DNA of 64,000 nucleotides, from positions 13,118,857-13,182,856 of the forward strand of contig NC_134030.1 of NCBI RefSeq assembly GCF_964204645.1. The letters are read 5' to 3'. Positions 1 to 13,071 of the stretch are shown here, piece by piece. The notes under the pieces are model-generated. The model was not told where the DNA came from, made no database searches, and saw only the letters and a list, made by a program, of their open reading frames with translations. Each line of letters opens with the position of its first letter. The first letter of the stretch is position 1. Made by a program: the position numbers and the translations under genes. Source of the DNA: Tubulanus polymorphus. Taxonomy: Eukaryota > Animalia > Nemertea.

Positions 1-333
1 AAAACATGTTTTGCACGGAACATTCTTACATTAAATTCTAACAGTAGATGGTATCGTACAGCGAAGCAAATCGTTGTAAGTATACGTAAAGAGACACATG
101 TACATATACGCTGGGTAAATATTAGGAGAACTCGTTTACGCACCCCCGACTAATTTGCAAAAGTTACTTAGTTTTACCGCCAGTTTGTGCATATGGAAAA
201 GTTCCCCGAGGTTTTCTATTGTTGTTCCCCCCCCCCCCATAGTGACGCGAGAAAAGGCGCGCTCTTTCATTCGCATACGCAGGGAATTCTAAAATGGCCT
301 GCCTTTCATCCCCCAGGGATTGAGTGTTACACT

Positions 334-620
334 TCATACATAGTCTATCATCTCGAGCAATACGACTTCAATCGGTAAACTATGGTTGCTGCAACGAAAG
401 CGACATAAAGTAATTCTATGGTTAGCCTGTAAATTTAATAGATACAATTCCGGTTCAAAGTTTGTTTTAATGCAGTAGTATGTGGCAGCTTTATGGGAGT
501 TGATGCAGTCTGCGCGCAATTTTTGTATATATTGGGTCAGTTAATCTATGCTTGACAGAGTGATGGATGAAATCTATATTAACGAAGGGTTGAGCTTGTT
601 GATTCTGCCAGAACAAAATG
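334..620 (-). pseudogene. 3' fragment of non-LTR retrotransposon ORF2
   Basis: Peptide YYCIKTNFEPELYL...HRITLCRFRCSNHSLPIE resembles the region upstream of the C-terminal zinc knuckle of LINE ORF2; same motif family as 4145-5195. Confidence 0.6.
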
Positions 621-1712
621 TTATTGGTTCAAAGTCTAAAATTGTAAGTAGTGCCTAGATAATGCATTTTGCAGAGCACGCAAGTTATGAGGTATATCAA
701 ATTTCTGGAATTACAGTTAAATGATATATTCATGTTTTACATGTTGATGAGCTCGAAAATATATCTCATGTTATCAACAGTGGGCAAAAATACGACAACG
801 GCCATCTCCACATTTATTCCATTGGTAGCATAGTCGTTACGGGGCTGATATTTGGGTAAATGTATTAGAATTAGACGCCCGTCTGAAATGAACGTAGATA
901 GAATACTGACCGGGTCGGTGTTAGAATGAATAGTAGAACCATCGCCCGATAGTAATGTAATCGTAACGTCGTTGATAGTATAAGCACCTATGTATAAAGA
1001 GAATCAAAAATCACATCGCAGCTAGTGGTTTACATAGAGAAAAAGTTAACCAAAAGACAAATTCAGTTAGACAAAGTCATCCAATACATGTATCAATGGT
1101 TGGTCGGTTTGAATCCCGTTAGACGCGCAGTCAGTCGCGCACGTATTATCCATCCATCATTCCAGGATTCATAAGTTTGAATCCGGGTGGTTACAGAACT
1201 TCTGGGAAACTTGTCTTTCTGATATCTTTCTCCCTCACAAGGAGCAAGATGCATTGAGGATCTATAATTGATCTTGCCCGACTGATTCGAAATGTGTAAA
1301 CAAAATGAAGCCGTAAAACCGAGTAGTTTTTTGGTGCATCAAGCCTCCTCGTTGCATCAAGATAAGCCAGACTAACTGCCGGCTGCTAGATAGCTGCTGG
1401 ATAGCATACACTAAACTCTAACCTGGCCTATAATTTCTCAAAGTCTTGGCCTCACTTGATTACTGGCCATTCATTTTTGTAGATCTGACACTTTTCTGTG
1501 ATGTGGGAGTTACCGTGTCAGGAGTTCAGCAAATCGAACATATCGACTTTCACTATGTTTTTTTTGAAAGCGTATTCAAGTTGAATAAAAAGTTTTAGGT
1601 TTAGGTCTGGGTTAAGTTTGAATTGTTGTGCTCATTGAAAAAAATTCATTACCAAAAGCAGTTGGACCAATTTTACTTATACACTACTGGGATTCTGGAC
1701 CCAGAATGTTGT

Positions 1713-3492
1713 TCATCGTAACGTACCACCGGAAACTGCCTGCCTATATGCTAGTGTCAAAGATTGCACCCATTTCACTTCTCCGAATTCAACATATATC
1801 GTCTGTGAATCCCCGCTAAGAGTTGCTGAATCTTCTGGTTCACCCGATAGGGTACCATCATCATATATCAAACTGAAAGAAAATTGAGTTTGCATTTCAG
1901 TATTCAACCTAGATTCAAATCGAAACTTGGGTCTAATCTACTTTCAATTTATTCAGCCGTGAGTTCCTAATAAACTTACGTTTTCCCTACCGTCAGTGAA
2001 TTCATTATTGGTTGTGCGGGTATTACTGTATAATAGTTTCCGTTTGTGATATCGCCATCGCCTAATGACTAAATAGGATAATTTAAGATAATTATCATTC
2101 CACTTAAAGGCAAATCAACCACCTATTAAACGTAACTCTGCTTTAAACATTTAGATTTAAATACAATCAACTTCGCATAGGTCGTACAAGTTGGGCCAAA
2201 TCATTGGAGTATTTAGGAATTTTTACTAAATGTTCGACATAGAAGTTAAAGGACAAATGTCATCAAAATAGAATATTGTGTAAAATTTATTTTCAAATTT
2301 TTAAATCGGCAATTTCAGCTTGTGCTCACTATTATTGTTTATGTCATCGCTGACAAACGCTACTTGCTTCCAGACATTTCACTCTAAACGTTTCATAGAG
2401 TATTGAATCGTTTCAGCAGTCGTTTTGGCTATTTGGGTCAAAAGACAGTCAGATACAAACCAATTTTTTCTTATTGGCTCCTTGAATGCGGAGGAAAAAC
2501 CCGCGATTTTTACTCCTGTATGATGCGATTGATGAGTGGTCGGCTTATTGTGAGGATTCGATGTTTATCAACAACAACACTCGTATAGATTAATTTTTCG
2601 GTTTGTCGGGTTGAGAGGACTTATTTGATTAATTATGATAACACATACATTTTTTTTTTAACCACGAGGCTTACTGGCGACCATATTTAGTAACTATTCA
2701 TTTGTAAATGTGGTTTTGGCAGTTTCATGAAATTATACTTTTACACTATGATATGAGACTTGAGCTTTTTGACTTGATAAATTAGATCATGATTACGGAT
2801 CAACTGAAATATAGGGGATTGTAGTCCATGTGCTCATCAATCGCCACTGTGCACTGTTAATTAATTGTTATGTTAAATAATGTTAGTCAATTAATTCCGC
2901 TCCTTTTACCTTATCTAGATTAGATTTTCCAACGTTCGCAGCCATCAAGCACACCACCCCGGGTGGTTACTTGTAGCCGAGCGATTGCTGAATGATAAAT
3001 CGATAAGCAACCACCCGGGGTGAAGTGCTTGATGGCTGCGAACGTTGGAAAATCTAATCTGGATAAGGTAAAAGGAGCGGAATTAATTAACTAACATTAT
3101 TTAACATAACAATTAATTAACAGTGCACAGTGGCGATTGAAGATTCGATTTGGTAGCATTGATGGATGGTTCTGTGTTTATTGGCTCTCCTGCCCATGTT
3201 GACTAATGCCGCAATTGAAATTCAATGACGTCATTGAAATGATATATTGAACATTGTTGATCTAAATCGTCTAATTCTAAAGCGTAAATCGAATGGCCTC
3301 ACAAAAGCCCTTACTTATTATTGTCGCAATAAAATAACTTACCGGTACAATATCACCCCAGGCAGAACATGCAGGAGTTGTCGGGCAATTGGTCGTTGGT
3401 GGTGGTGATGTAGTAGCCGGCTGGGTTTGAGTGCATGTAGTCGCAATGGTTGCAAGTGCAGCAGACACAGCGACAATAAAAAAAATCTTCAT
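1713..3492 (-). CDS. Spliced host gene, probable secreted protein with Thr/Pro-rich N-terminus (exons 3492-3343, 2068-1980, 1908-~1720; 3' end uncertain)
   Basis: Signal-peptide-like MKIFFIVAVSAALATIA. GTAAGT donor after 3343 (phase 0). AG acceptor before 2068, exon SLGDGDITNGNYYTVIPAQPIMNSLTVGK, GTAAGT donor after 1980 (phase 2). AG acceptor before 1908 restores the frame of ORF 1713-1907. All splice phases are consistent. Confidence 0.75.
2246..2375 (+). mobile_element. Kolobok-like MITE end fragment
   Basis: TTAA followed by AGGACAAATGTCATCAAAA. Inverted homologue at ~49535-49752 ending TTTGATGGCATTTGCCCTTTAA shares AAATCGGCAATTTCAGC and TGACAAACGCT. Confidence 0.55.
2837..3140. repeat. 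Near-perfect ~300 bp fold-back palindrome in intron 1 of the host gene
   Basis: TCAATCGCCACTGTGCACTGTTAATT... at 2837 is the reverse complement of ...AATTAACAGTGCACAGTGGCGATTGA ending 3140; arms ~135 bp with few mismatches. Confidence 0.95.
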
Positions 3493-4144
3493 TTCAAATA
3501 TATTTTGGAGTTAAAATGAAAATCTTTCCCTGCAAAGAACAAAAATCCTGTAGTCCTCCCGACGGAATAAATAAACCTCGACATCGAGCAATGGAGGCAG
3601 TTGGTACTGTAGCAATTCGTTCAGCATTTCGTTTGTATTTGAAAATTAAGTATAAACACTGATCGGTGTTATAGAAAATAAGTAAACTCGATAAACATAC
3701 TCAAGATGCATTAACATAATTTCATATGAACCATGTGTTTATTGTATGTTCGTATCATTCTAAGTTCGTATTCGTTATGGATCAAAACTAATCATGAATC
3801 ATATCTGATCGAGGATTGAATTATTCATGGGCGGCGGAACCGGGACGTTTGGAGCGTTATTGGCCGGGCCAATATATCAAGCCCTCTGGCATAAAATTTG
3901 TTTCGCCAAAACAGAAAATACGTTTTTCGAACACACAGAAAACATTTCTTGCACCATGATATGCACACGGGACGAAAAACGCTTTCGACCACACACGAAA
4001 AACATTTTTTGGTTCGGCGTTTTGCGTTTTGACTCCCCCGCACACGGCATAACAAAAATACATTGAAAACGTTTTTTCACGAGTAAAAAAGTTTTTTCGG
4101 TGCCATATGCGGTCAAATGGGTGCAAATGGGTCACTCACGGATA

Positions 4145-5195
4145 TGGGTTTACCATATAACAAATGGTTAGTTCAAAAGCTGCAGTCAAGATTTTTCAGG
4201 TTCATAATGGGGCTTCATTCTAAGGCTCCAATTCTATCAATTTTTGGTGATTTGGGAGAGGTTCCACTTTATATTGATATTACTATGTCAGCTTTGAAGT
4301 TCTGGATGTCAGTTATGTCGTCGGGTAATAGCTAATCAATGATCTGCTTGTCCTTTTTAGAATAATATAAAGATGAGAGGGAGGGCAAATTCAATTATAT
4401 ATCTACCGTTAAATCAATTCTATCAAATTTAGGGTACTCAAATGTTTGGAACAATTTGGGGCATTATTCAAATAGCATTATTTTGGGTATTAGGAAGCAT
4501 CTGACAGCTATCTTTGTGGATCAAGTGATCATTTCCGTTATAATTTCTATAAAGCAGTTAAAGTAAGTTTTAAGTTAGAAAAGTATTTATTAGTGCTAAA
4601 AGATTTTAACCTCAGAAATGCTGGGTCCAGTTCCACAGTTCCGAGTTAAGATTTGACTCTGGGTTAAAACATTGAAAATGAACTAACTTTAACTCAGAGT
4701 TAACTCTAACTCACAACTGTGGAACTGGGTCCTGGTGCTAAATAACGACTACTCTCAGCTTAATAATTGAAAAAGGTAGACACCGCGGTATAGAAAAGGA
4801 AAAACGTTTGTGCGATATCTGTAATGTGTTGGACGTTGAATGTCACTTTTTGTTCCATTGTAAAAGAGTCGCTAATCTGAGAAAGGAATTAAATATATCT
4901 ATCTTAGACGTGAATAGTTTAATCTCCACTTTCTACAACCTAAGCCCTACAACCAGTATTGTTCAGCTAGCCAAATTTATTAAACTCGGTTTGCCATTGT
5001 CCTAATATTTCTTCGATTAATGTTTTGTATATTTTCAATTATGTTTTTCCTCATCTGTAATTAGTGTTAATTATGCCTCATCTTATTACTTGTTTATCTC
5101 CTATTATGTATATACTTGATTTCACCGAAACTGTATCAGTTGCAAACAATGTTTTTTTTCAAAATGTTTATGTTGAATAAAGATTGATTTGATTT
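4145..5195 (+). pseudogene. Decayed 3' end of a LINE (ORF2 C-terminus, CCHC knuckle, short-repeat tail)
   Basis: FFRFIMGLHSKAPILSIFGDLGEVPL and IEKGRHRGIEKEKRLCDICNVLDVECHFLFHC; ends in AATAAA followed by GATTGATTTGATTTGA. Confidence 0.75.
4624..4731. mobile_element. PIF/Harbinger-like MITE inserted in the LINE
   Basis: TIRs GGTCCAGTTCCACAGTT / AACTGTGGAACTGGGTC, flanked by a CTG 3-bp duplication (4621-4623, 4732-4734); related sequence at ~53491-53590. Confidence 0.7.
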
Positions 5196-7419
5196 GAAAT
5201 TGAATTCATTAAGGGAAACGGAGATATTACTTCTAAAATCGCTACACGTATTTCTATACTCTACCTAGTACTATTTCGTAGGGATTTTCAAAATTGAAAA
5301 AAATATATAAAATTCCGTCTTTCAGACCGTTAAAACTTTGCGGTAGGTAGTTATACGAATTAACCGACGCCGAATTAAGTGAGGTTGGCTGTTTTAATTG
5401 TTTCCATGAACTTTAACTGTGAAATAATCTTTTTCAAGTTCCTAACAAGTTTTAGAAATATTTTACCTCACCAATACGATATGTCTTATATAAATAAGTT
5501 ATCTTACCTTATGAAGTAAAACTTAATGTAGGAAACCAATGTGTCCTCAAATCTACCACAGAGATGGTGGTAAAGCCAGAAATGTGGCTTCCTTATATCC
5601 ATTTTGTTTGATTAATCGGCTGAATAAATCTCGAATTGTTGCCAGCGTCGAAATATCTGTTGATTACAAGCTTACTGAATATTCTATACATTTCTTTGTG
5701 TTGTTTTTCAAGTTGCTGAATGGAGAAATTGAGATGAAGTTATTCGAAGTCAATTGTATCTCTTTGATTGATATCGCTATGTGACAACCTGCCACCAAAT
5801 ATCAGCACCACTGTTATAAAAGATTTCTAGGGATTCAGAAAACTGATTCGCGATTGTCAGGACATAAAAAAAGTTTTCAAGATAGTATCACTCAATCTTT
5901 GGTACCACATGTTACAAACATTGTTCCATCGGGACATGAATAAATTTTGAGGATGGAAGGCGAGATTCTCGGTACCAACTGTTGCAAGGGATTGTGCCGG
6001 AAATGAAAACCTTTTCAAGATAATATCATCGCTACGTGGAAAACCAACTATACACTTGCATTGAGCAAATGAGGTAAATTCGGCTGCTCAATTTTACAGG
6101 AAATATATTCTTAATATGTCGTCTGAAGAACCTATTCATTGATCTTTGTTAAAATGTTCTTATTGTGATCAAGAACAGACACATTTGTTTTAAATCAACG
6201 AAAAGTTTATTTTGTGATAAGTTACATCTACACGTTTTCCTTAATACTTATAAGTTGTATAGTTGAATTAACAGTAATATCCAACTGAATAATCTTTATC
6301 CGCTTAATCAGCGTAATTCCTCACGTCATATGTGTAGTAAAAAAAAATCCATGAATACATGTATCACGTGCGATCATAACATAAACCATTTCAAAAATGT
6401 GGATAGTTTTTCTAACCTTCTAAATAGATGGGATCGAAGGAATTCGTGTAAGCGTGAAGACCTGATATGATGTGGCTGGAATCGAGGGAATCATGCGTGT
6501 TTGCGTTGATACGACCCTTCGGTTTGTCGGTATGGAGATAATGTGTAACTGGATTACTCATTTATATCCTAGCAAACACGGAGACTTTTTTCAACGTTGA
6601 AATAACATAGTGAATGTAACATTGCAATTGGGTTGAAAATATGTTGTAAAGTCGATCCACGTCGAGAAATAACTTTTTAATCTCAACGTTATACAAAACA
6701 ACATCGATACTAGACATTTTAATTAATGGCCTCACTGTCTATCATAAAGTTATTCCAACATTGTCCCGCAAATGTTGAAGATACGTTGACATCAGAATTT
6801 TGCCAATTGGCCCCGATTTAAACCTTGCATCAACGTTGAAATACCAACGTATTTCGTCAATGTTAAAACAATATTGTTTCAATGTCTGTTATATTTTCAC
6901 TGTTAATCCAAAGTTGAATTTTGGTTGTTAGTTTGAGCGGCCGCTATTCCACGCTATTCCTTCATGGTCCAGGAGCCCAGAGTGATTTGGTCATTCGAAA
7001 AGGTTACCAATTTCTAAGCACAGCTGTGCGTTTAATAGGAAATTCTATAAATGAAAATGTTTTTCTGCCGGTACAACTGTGGTGGGTGTGGTCACAATCA
7101 CCAAATTTTCTCATGGTAAAATTAGACTAGATCAGCTGAAAAGGTAACTGATCCAAACTCCAACCAATATTACATAAATCATATTACTTGATCCATAGAC
7201 TCTAAAACGAGTTCGATTCAATATCCTTAAAAGGTTTATTATTTCTATTATCTAATTCCATATGCAATACAATATGGGCTTTTATAAACATTGTTGGTGT
7301 GTTAATACTGATGAAATTCATCATAATCTACGATACAAACACCACCGGGGTCGCCATCTTAGTTATCCATGATGCAACTGTTTTACCCATGATCCAATGC
7401 GCGCTCCTCATTTTACTAT

Positions 7420-8015
7420 ACTAATTGTTTCCAAACTAATTCATTTTCCTAACACTTTGCAAACACTTTCATGATACCGAATTTAATTATTCTACTGACC
7501 CTACCTGTTTATTTATAAACTAACTTATTTTACTAACACTTTTAAAGAACTTGATTTTAATTTATAGTTTACCAATACATAACTTTCACATTTAGAAACT
7601 CAATTATTCATCTAACACTTAAATAACACTCTTATGAGAAAAAATCAATTATTTTACTAATACTTATATTTAAAACGTTATTATTTTAGTAACACTTTAA
7701 TGATTAAAAAAACTTAATTTTTACCTATACCTTACTAATACTTTCGTATCTAAGAATATAATTATTTCACTTACACTTTGCTTACACTTTTATGATAGTA
7801 ACTTTCATTATTTTACTAATGCTTTACTATTACTTTTGCAATTGGAAAATGAAATATTTTACTAACACTTAATGATAATCAACTTTCTTTTACTACTACT
7901 TAAATAATACTAAAATGCTTATATTTAGAAACTAACTCATTTTACTTACACTTTACCAACACTTTTATGATGAAAAGTTTAATTATTCTACTTTATATAC
8001 TTTACTAATACTTTT
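7420..8015. repeat. Degenerate ~45-bp tandem array built on ACTAACACTTT
   Basis: Recurring TTTTACTAACACTTTACTAACACTTTTA-like units about every 45 bp. Confidence 0.75.
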
Positions 8016-8552
8016 TTCTTATAATTTGATAATTATATGTTCAATTTCCTGTGAAATGTCAATCAATTTTTTTATTTCATGTTGGTTTTTTGATCGTTTT
8101 ACTTAAATATTCAGTGATGCTATGGAGTTTCTTCTGTCTGTCCGTCGTTTATCAAACAAAGACAAATTACCAAATCAAAGTGGGCACTAACAGTGATGAC
8201 TTCGTACTCTGAAAGCGTCATTTTCCCATTACTACTGAATATGATAGAAATCTGTTCAGAATGACGTTTAATTGGAGTTGCGTCTGTATATTTTGATTGG
8301 TTACACTGCCAAGTATTTATATATATTTGTCTATCATATTGAACTCAAATATTTGTCGTACGTTCAAGCTACTTGCTTGTTAACATCTCATGTGACTTGA
8401 AGAGATAATACATGTCCTTTCATTTCAAAGAGCAAATAGTCTCATGGGTATAAATAGTACAATTCTCACTCATTAATTGGTTATTCACACATCCCTTTTC
8501 ATGAATTACGTCGCTACAGTCTTTGTTTTGTAGAATATAATAGACTGAATAA

Positions 8553-8787
<235 letters not shown>

Positions 8788-9652
8788 TGAAATAGCTCGC
8801 TAATATACAGTGGTGCACGATCTGTAAGGGCCTTAAAAGTCAACATGAGAACTTTGAAGTCAATCCTGGCTTTAACCGGCAACTAGTGTAATTCGCGCAG
8901 TACAGGAGTGATATGAGAATGTTTCGGTAAACGAACGACGAGTCGCGCAGCACAGTTTTGAAGACTCTGCATGGCATTGTTTGAAATACCTGCAAGCAGA
9001 CTGTTACAATAGTCAAGTCGAGATAGCACTAGAGCCTGGGTGAGGGATTTCGCAGCATCAAACGTAAGGCTTTTACGAACTAATCCAATATTTCTGATAT
9101 GAAAATAGCCACTTCTTAGAATTGATCTAACGAACGTTACCATCGATAGTTCAGAATCAAACATGACGCCCAGATTTCGGATGGGAGAAATTTGCACGTC
9201 GACTCCAGCTACAGATAATGATTGAAGATCGAAGGACTTAAGACGGTGTTTGGTGCCCAATAGAAACACTTCGGTTTTGGAAGCATTGGCTTTAAGAAAA
9301 ATTGCCGTGTACCAATCGTAGATCGCAAGGAGACAATGTTCAACGTTGTGAATCTGAGCGTTTAGAACAGATTTGTCCTGGATAGATTTGAGTAGTTTGA
9401 AGACCTGATATTCGGCAAAGCAATGTCTGTCTAGTCCGTCCGTCTATCTTAACTCTGAATGACCTATTGGTCAGATATGATTTAAACCATTCAAGTGCGG
9501 TGCCACTGATGCCCAGGTACTGCCTGGTACGGGATAGCAAAATACCGTGGTCGACCGTGTCAAAGGCAGCACGTAAATCTAACAAAACGAGAATAACTAC
9601 ACCATTGCTATCATCAATAAAACCACGAATATCGTTCTGCACTCTCAATGAA
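8788..9652 (-). pseudogene. L2/CR1-clade LINE ORF2, RT and C-terminal part (3' piece of the split LINE)
   Basis: LRVQNDI...[62 protein letters not shown]; internal deletion and frameshifts. Confidence 0.9.
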
Positions 9653-9760
9653 GCTAGTTGTCGAATAAACACTATAATCCGTGTATACTGTAGATAAATG
9701 AAGAAATCCCACACTTCGAATTTTAAAATTATACGATCAAATTTATTATAATGAAACCAC

Positions 9761-9797
9761 AACGTTTCGGCTGTTGACTAACAGCCATGATCAGGTG
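9761..9797 (-). ncRNA. Minimal hammerhead-ribozyme-like motif in the Penelope pLTR
   Basis: Minus strand CTGATCAT-GGCTGTT-AGTC-AACAGCC-GAAACGTT: CUGAN(C)A core, helix II and GAAA. Position 8 is C rather than the canonical G. Confidence 0.65.
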
Positions 9798-10133
9798 GAA
9801 TGACCAGAAAAACAAGTAACAAAGCATATAATCTCACAGGATCTAAAATAGAAGCAGTGTGTCAAAACTAAAGATAAACAGACCAGGCAATAAAACATCA
9901 AGGGGTACCGTAGAAACCACAGCAATTCTAAACAGTTCAGTAAAAACAAATTATGTAACTAAGTGAAGTGGACTGAAGAGGGTGGCGATAAAAGAGTGAC
10001 ACATCGTGACATTAACCCAAATCTAATAAAGAGTTGATGTGTCTGGATAATAATTGGTTATGTGGAGAAAAACCAGTATTTAAATTAGTAGATAAATTGG
10101 ATTTCGAAAGTTTACATATTAGGGCTGATTCCA

Positions 10134-10643
10134 CTATGTGTCTCTTATGAATATCTTTACAAGGATATTAATAAGTTTCGAATTCTGAAAGTCAAATTGG
10201 TGATTGGTTGTAAAGACATGATTTGCTATTCCACTCTCAGGCTTTTGGTTGCGGATATATATTTTGTGTTCTTTAATACGCTGACTAAGATTACGTCGCG
10301 TTTCGCCGATGTACATCATATTACAGTCTTTACATGGTATCCTATAGACCCCGGACTCAATTAGCTCACTGTTGGGTTTATTTTTGGTTAAAACATTAGT
10401 GAGTTTGTTATTATACTGAAAGGCTAATCTAGTGTTGATGGTGCTTAATGTGGATTTAAAGCGTTCCAAAGTAGGTAAATACGGGATTATAATATTCTTT
10501 TGAGCTCTACGTTTTGTGGTCAGGTTATTACGTCCAGAGTGAGAAATTCGGGCTTCGAAATAAGCTTTGTTCAAAATTTTGTCTGGATAGGCTAGTTTCT
10601 TGAGAGCAGTTCTTATATGTTTGATTTCTTTATCTAAAAACAT
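10134..10643 (-). pseudogene. Penelope RT C-terminus/GIY-YIG endonuclease fragment
   Basis: SGVYRIPCKDCNMMYIGETRRNLSQRIKEH is the GIY-YIG signature of Penelope elements. Confidence 0.9.
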
Positions 10644-10908
10644 TTGATCACAAATACGTAGAGCTCGAAGAAATAATCCTTGGGCTATTCAAATTTTGAT
10701 GTTCAAAGGAGTAAATGAGAAAAAAATGAAGATAAGCTTCAGCATTAGTCGGTTTCCTATATACAGAGAATTTCAAATTTGTTTTGAAATTATGAATGAG
10801 TACATCGAGAAACGGGATGCAGGGATAAATTTGATCGTATAATTTTAAAATTCGAAGTGTGGGATTTCTTCATTTAGCTCAATGAAACTGTCTCAGTGCT
10901 TGTACGCG

Positions 10909-11060
10909 AGTAATAGGGAATAAGTTGTTTCATACCAAAGGTCGAAGGGTCGAGCTCATAAAAAATAAAAAATAAATTCTCGCACACTCGAATTTATTTT
11001 TTATTTTTTACTCACTCGCCCCTTCAACCTTTGATATGAAACAACTTATTCCCTATAACT
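10909..11060. repeat. Left terminal fold-back palindrome (152 bp)
   Basis: AGTAATAGGGAATAAGTTGTTTCATACCAAAGGTCGAAGGG... pairs with ...CCCTTCAACCTTTGATATGAAACAACTTATTCCCTATAACT. Confidence 0.95.
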
Positions 11061-11183
11061 CTTAAAATATTCATACATATGAATAAAATATAAATGAATA
11101 ACATATATAAGTAATTAGAAAAGTAGGCTTTCAAGCCAGAGTACGAGAGTACGAGCTCTTATAGAATAGATATATAGATATAT
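11061..11183. repeat. Left inner terminal inverted repeat
   Basis: Reverse complement of 37439-37561 with about two differences; contains GAGTACGAGAGTACGAGCTC. Confidence 0.95.
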
Positions 11184-11189
11184 GAATAG

Positions 11190-11795
11190 TTATTTTATAA
11201 ATTTATATTCATATGGAAATTGTAGTCTCAGTAATAATTTTGAACCTTTATTATTCTTTAATTTATTCATATATTCATCATGTAATTTAGTAGGTATAAT
11301 TTGATTTTCTTCCAATGATTGTTGCATAGATTTTTTATCTTTGTTATAAAATAAAACTAGAAATCTTATGTTCTCCCTAAAGTCTTTAACAATTGAATTA
11401 TATTTTTGATTTAAAACCCATGTTTTAAATGTCTCCCAGAGAAAGCTAGGTAACATAACTCACTTTCTCTAACTTTTGAATCATGTAAATTTGCGCAATC
11501 ATCTATAATGAATAATGTATTTGATCCTTTATAAGTATCAATTGCTATTTTTATACAATAATCTAAATTTTCTTTTACTGTTTTAGGATCTAATATAATA
11601 AACGTTTTTTATCTTAACTATGTCTCTATTATATGTTTTATTCATTTCATAAGTAGGACAGAATAATATCATATTATCAAAATGATTCTTATGAATAGTT
11701 TCTAACAAATCTAATATGAAATGTGCTTTACCACAGTTTGTTACCCCAGTTATTAACATATTATGCGGTTCAAATATAAATAAATCTTTATTCAT
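11190..11795 (-). pseudogene. A32/FtsK-like genome packaging ATPase (frameshifted)
   Basis: Walker A GVTNCGK, Walker B LFIIDD and FSGRH motif across ORFs 11583-11795 and 11190-11456. Confidence 0.85.
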
Positions 11796-12694
11796 TTATT
11801 CTTTTAATTTTACTAGATAAAATCCATTCATTAAATTTATCATCGTATCCTTTATATTTCACCAAAGAATACTTTTTTCCTTGTTTTTTCAACTTTGTTC
11901 AATGTTTTTCTATATTTAGATATTCTAACGTGTTGTCCAATTTTAAATTTAGGTTCTCCAAAATCATGTGTAACAAATGCTCCATATAAATTATTCCAAA
12001 CTATTTCCGAATTATCTTCTTTTCTAGCTTGTATAGGTTTAATACCAATACTTGAATGTTTAGAATTATTATAACCTTTCACTAAATCATCTAATACATC
12101 GATATATTTATATGTTTCATTAGCAGTAAAATATTTCCACATTCTAGTTTTCAATGTTTTATTAAATATTTCTATAATAGATGCTTTTTTATCTAAGTGT
12201 GTTGAAAAATAATCTACATCGTTATCAGATAATAGTTTTTTAAAATGTTTGTTATAAAATTCCTTACCTTCATCAAATTGTATCTTATCTGGAATAGCTT
12301 CTTTAAATATTGATTGAAAAGCATTTGTCACTTCTATACCAGTTTTATTTTTGATTGGAATTGACCATGCTTATCTACTGAATATGTCTATAACATTCAG
12401 TATCCAGAAATATCATTTGTTGTATTCTTCTAAGTTCTTCATGTCAATTAAATCTGCTTGCCATTGTTGATCGATATATGAAACCATAACTTTTCTTGTT
12501 AAATAAGTTTTATCCATTTTCTTGTGGATTTGATATGTTGGTTGATTTTGTAACCATAATCTTAATTCACTATATTTTATATTACCATTTTCTTTATCAG
12601 ATTTAATTTTATCCCATAATTCTGAAACGTTAGAATATGATACTTCACTCTCTGGGTTATAATATAACTCTCTTAAATATTGTTCTTTTTTCAT
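11795..12694 (-). pseudogene. Retroviral-type (rve) DDE integrase with partly deleted C-terminal chromodomain
   Basis: WQADLIDM, IQFDEGKEF, IIEIFNKTLK; tail GYDDKFNEWI; stops and frameshifts. Confidence 0.92.
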
Positions 12695-12748
12695 CTTATT
12701 TTAATCCATTAATAATAATTTAGATTTAGTTTCAATGACTTTATGATT

Positions 12749-13071
12749 TCACTTATTTTCTGGTATAATAGGTTTATTATCATTGGAATCATTATTGTTA
12801 TAATCAGATTTATACTTATATTTATATATTACACCGGATAATATAATAATTGTGATTAACCCAATTGTAATATATAAGTAATTATTTCTTCCACTATTAG
12901 AAGAATCAGATGGATTATTATTTGAATCAATATCAGATAATTTCTGTGATTCATTTATATCAGTTAATTTCTTTTTCTTAGCTTTTTTAATTCTGCAGAT
13001 CTTTTACCTAATTCTCTTGCCCATTTAATTTCTTTTTCAAATCTAGCCTTTTTCTTAACGCCATCACTCAT
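12749..13071 (-). pseudogene. Small basic protein with one C-terminal hydrophobic helix (frameshifted)
   Basis: TAAATG start, MSDGVKKKARFEKE..., then YLYITIGLITIIIIPGVIY after a frameshift. Confidence 0.55.

Larger units (their letters stand above)
9653..10877 (-). mobile_element. 5'-truncated Penelope-like retroelement with inverted pLTR arrangement
   Basis: 9-bp TSD CTCAATGAA (9644-9652 and 10878-10886) splitting the LINE STET..LRVQND motif; inverted repeat ~9696-9745 vs ~10825-10876; GIY-YIG ORF inside. Confidence 0.9.

Noticed and set aside
3825-4135. Four overlapping ORFs
   Set aside because: Low-complexity AAAAC-rich repeat, probably a MITE interior; no protein motifs.
7420-8015. CRISPR-like array
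   Set aside because: Units are degenerate tandem repeats without unique spacers; eukaryotic context and no cas genes.
10903-10908. 6-bp TSD for the Maverick
   Set aside because: TACGCG does not match ATTTCC at 37972-37977, and there is no match at the inner cap boundaries either.
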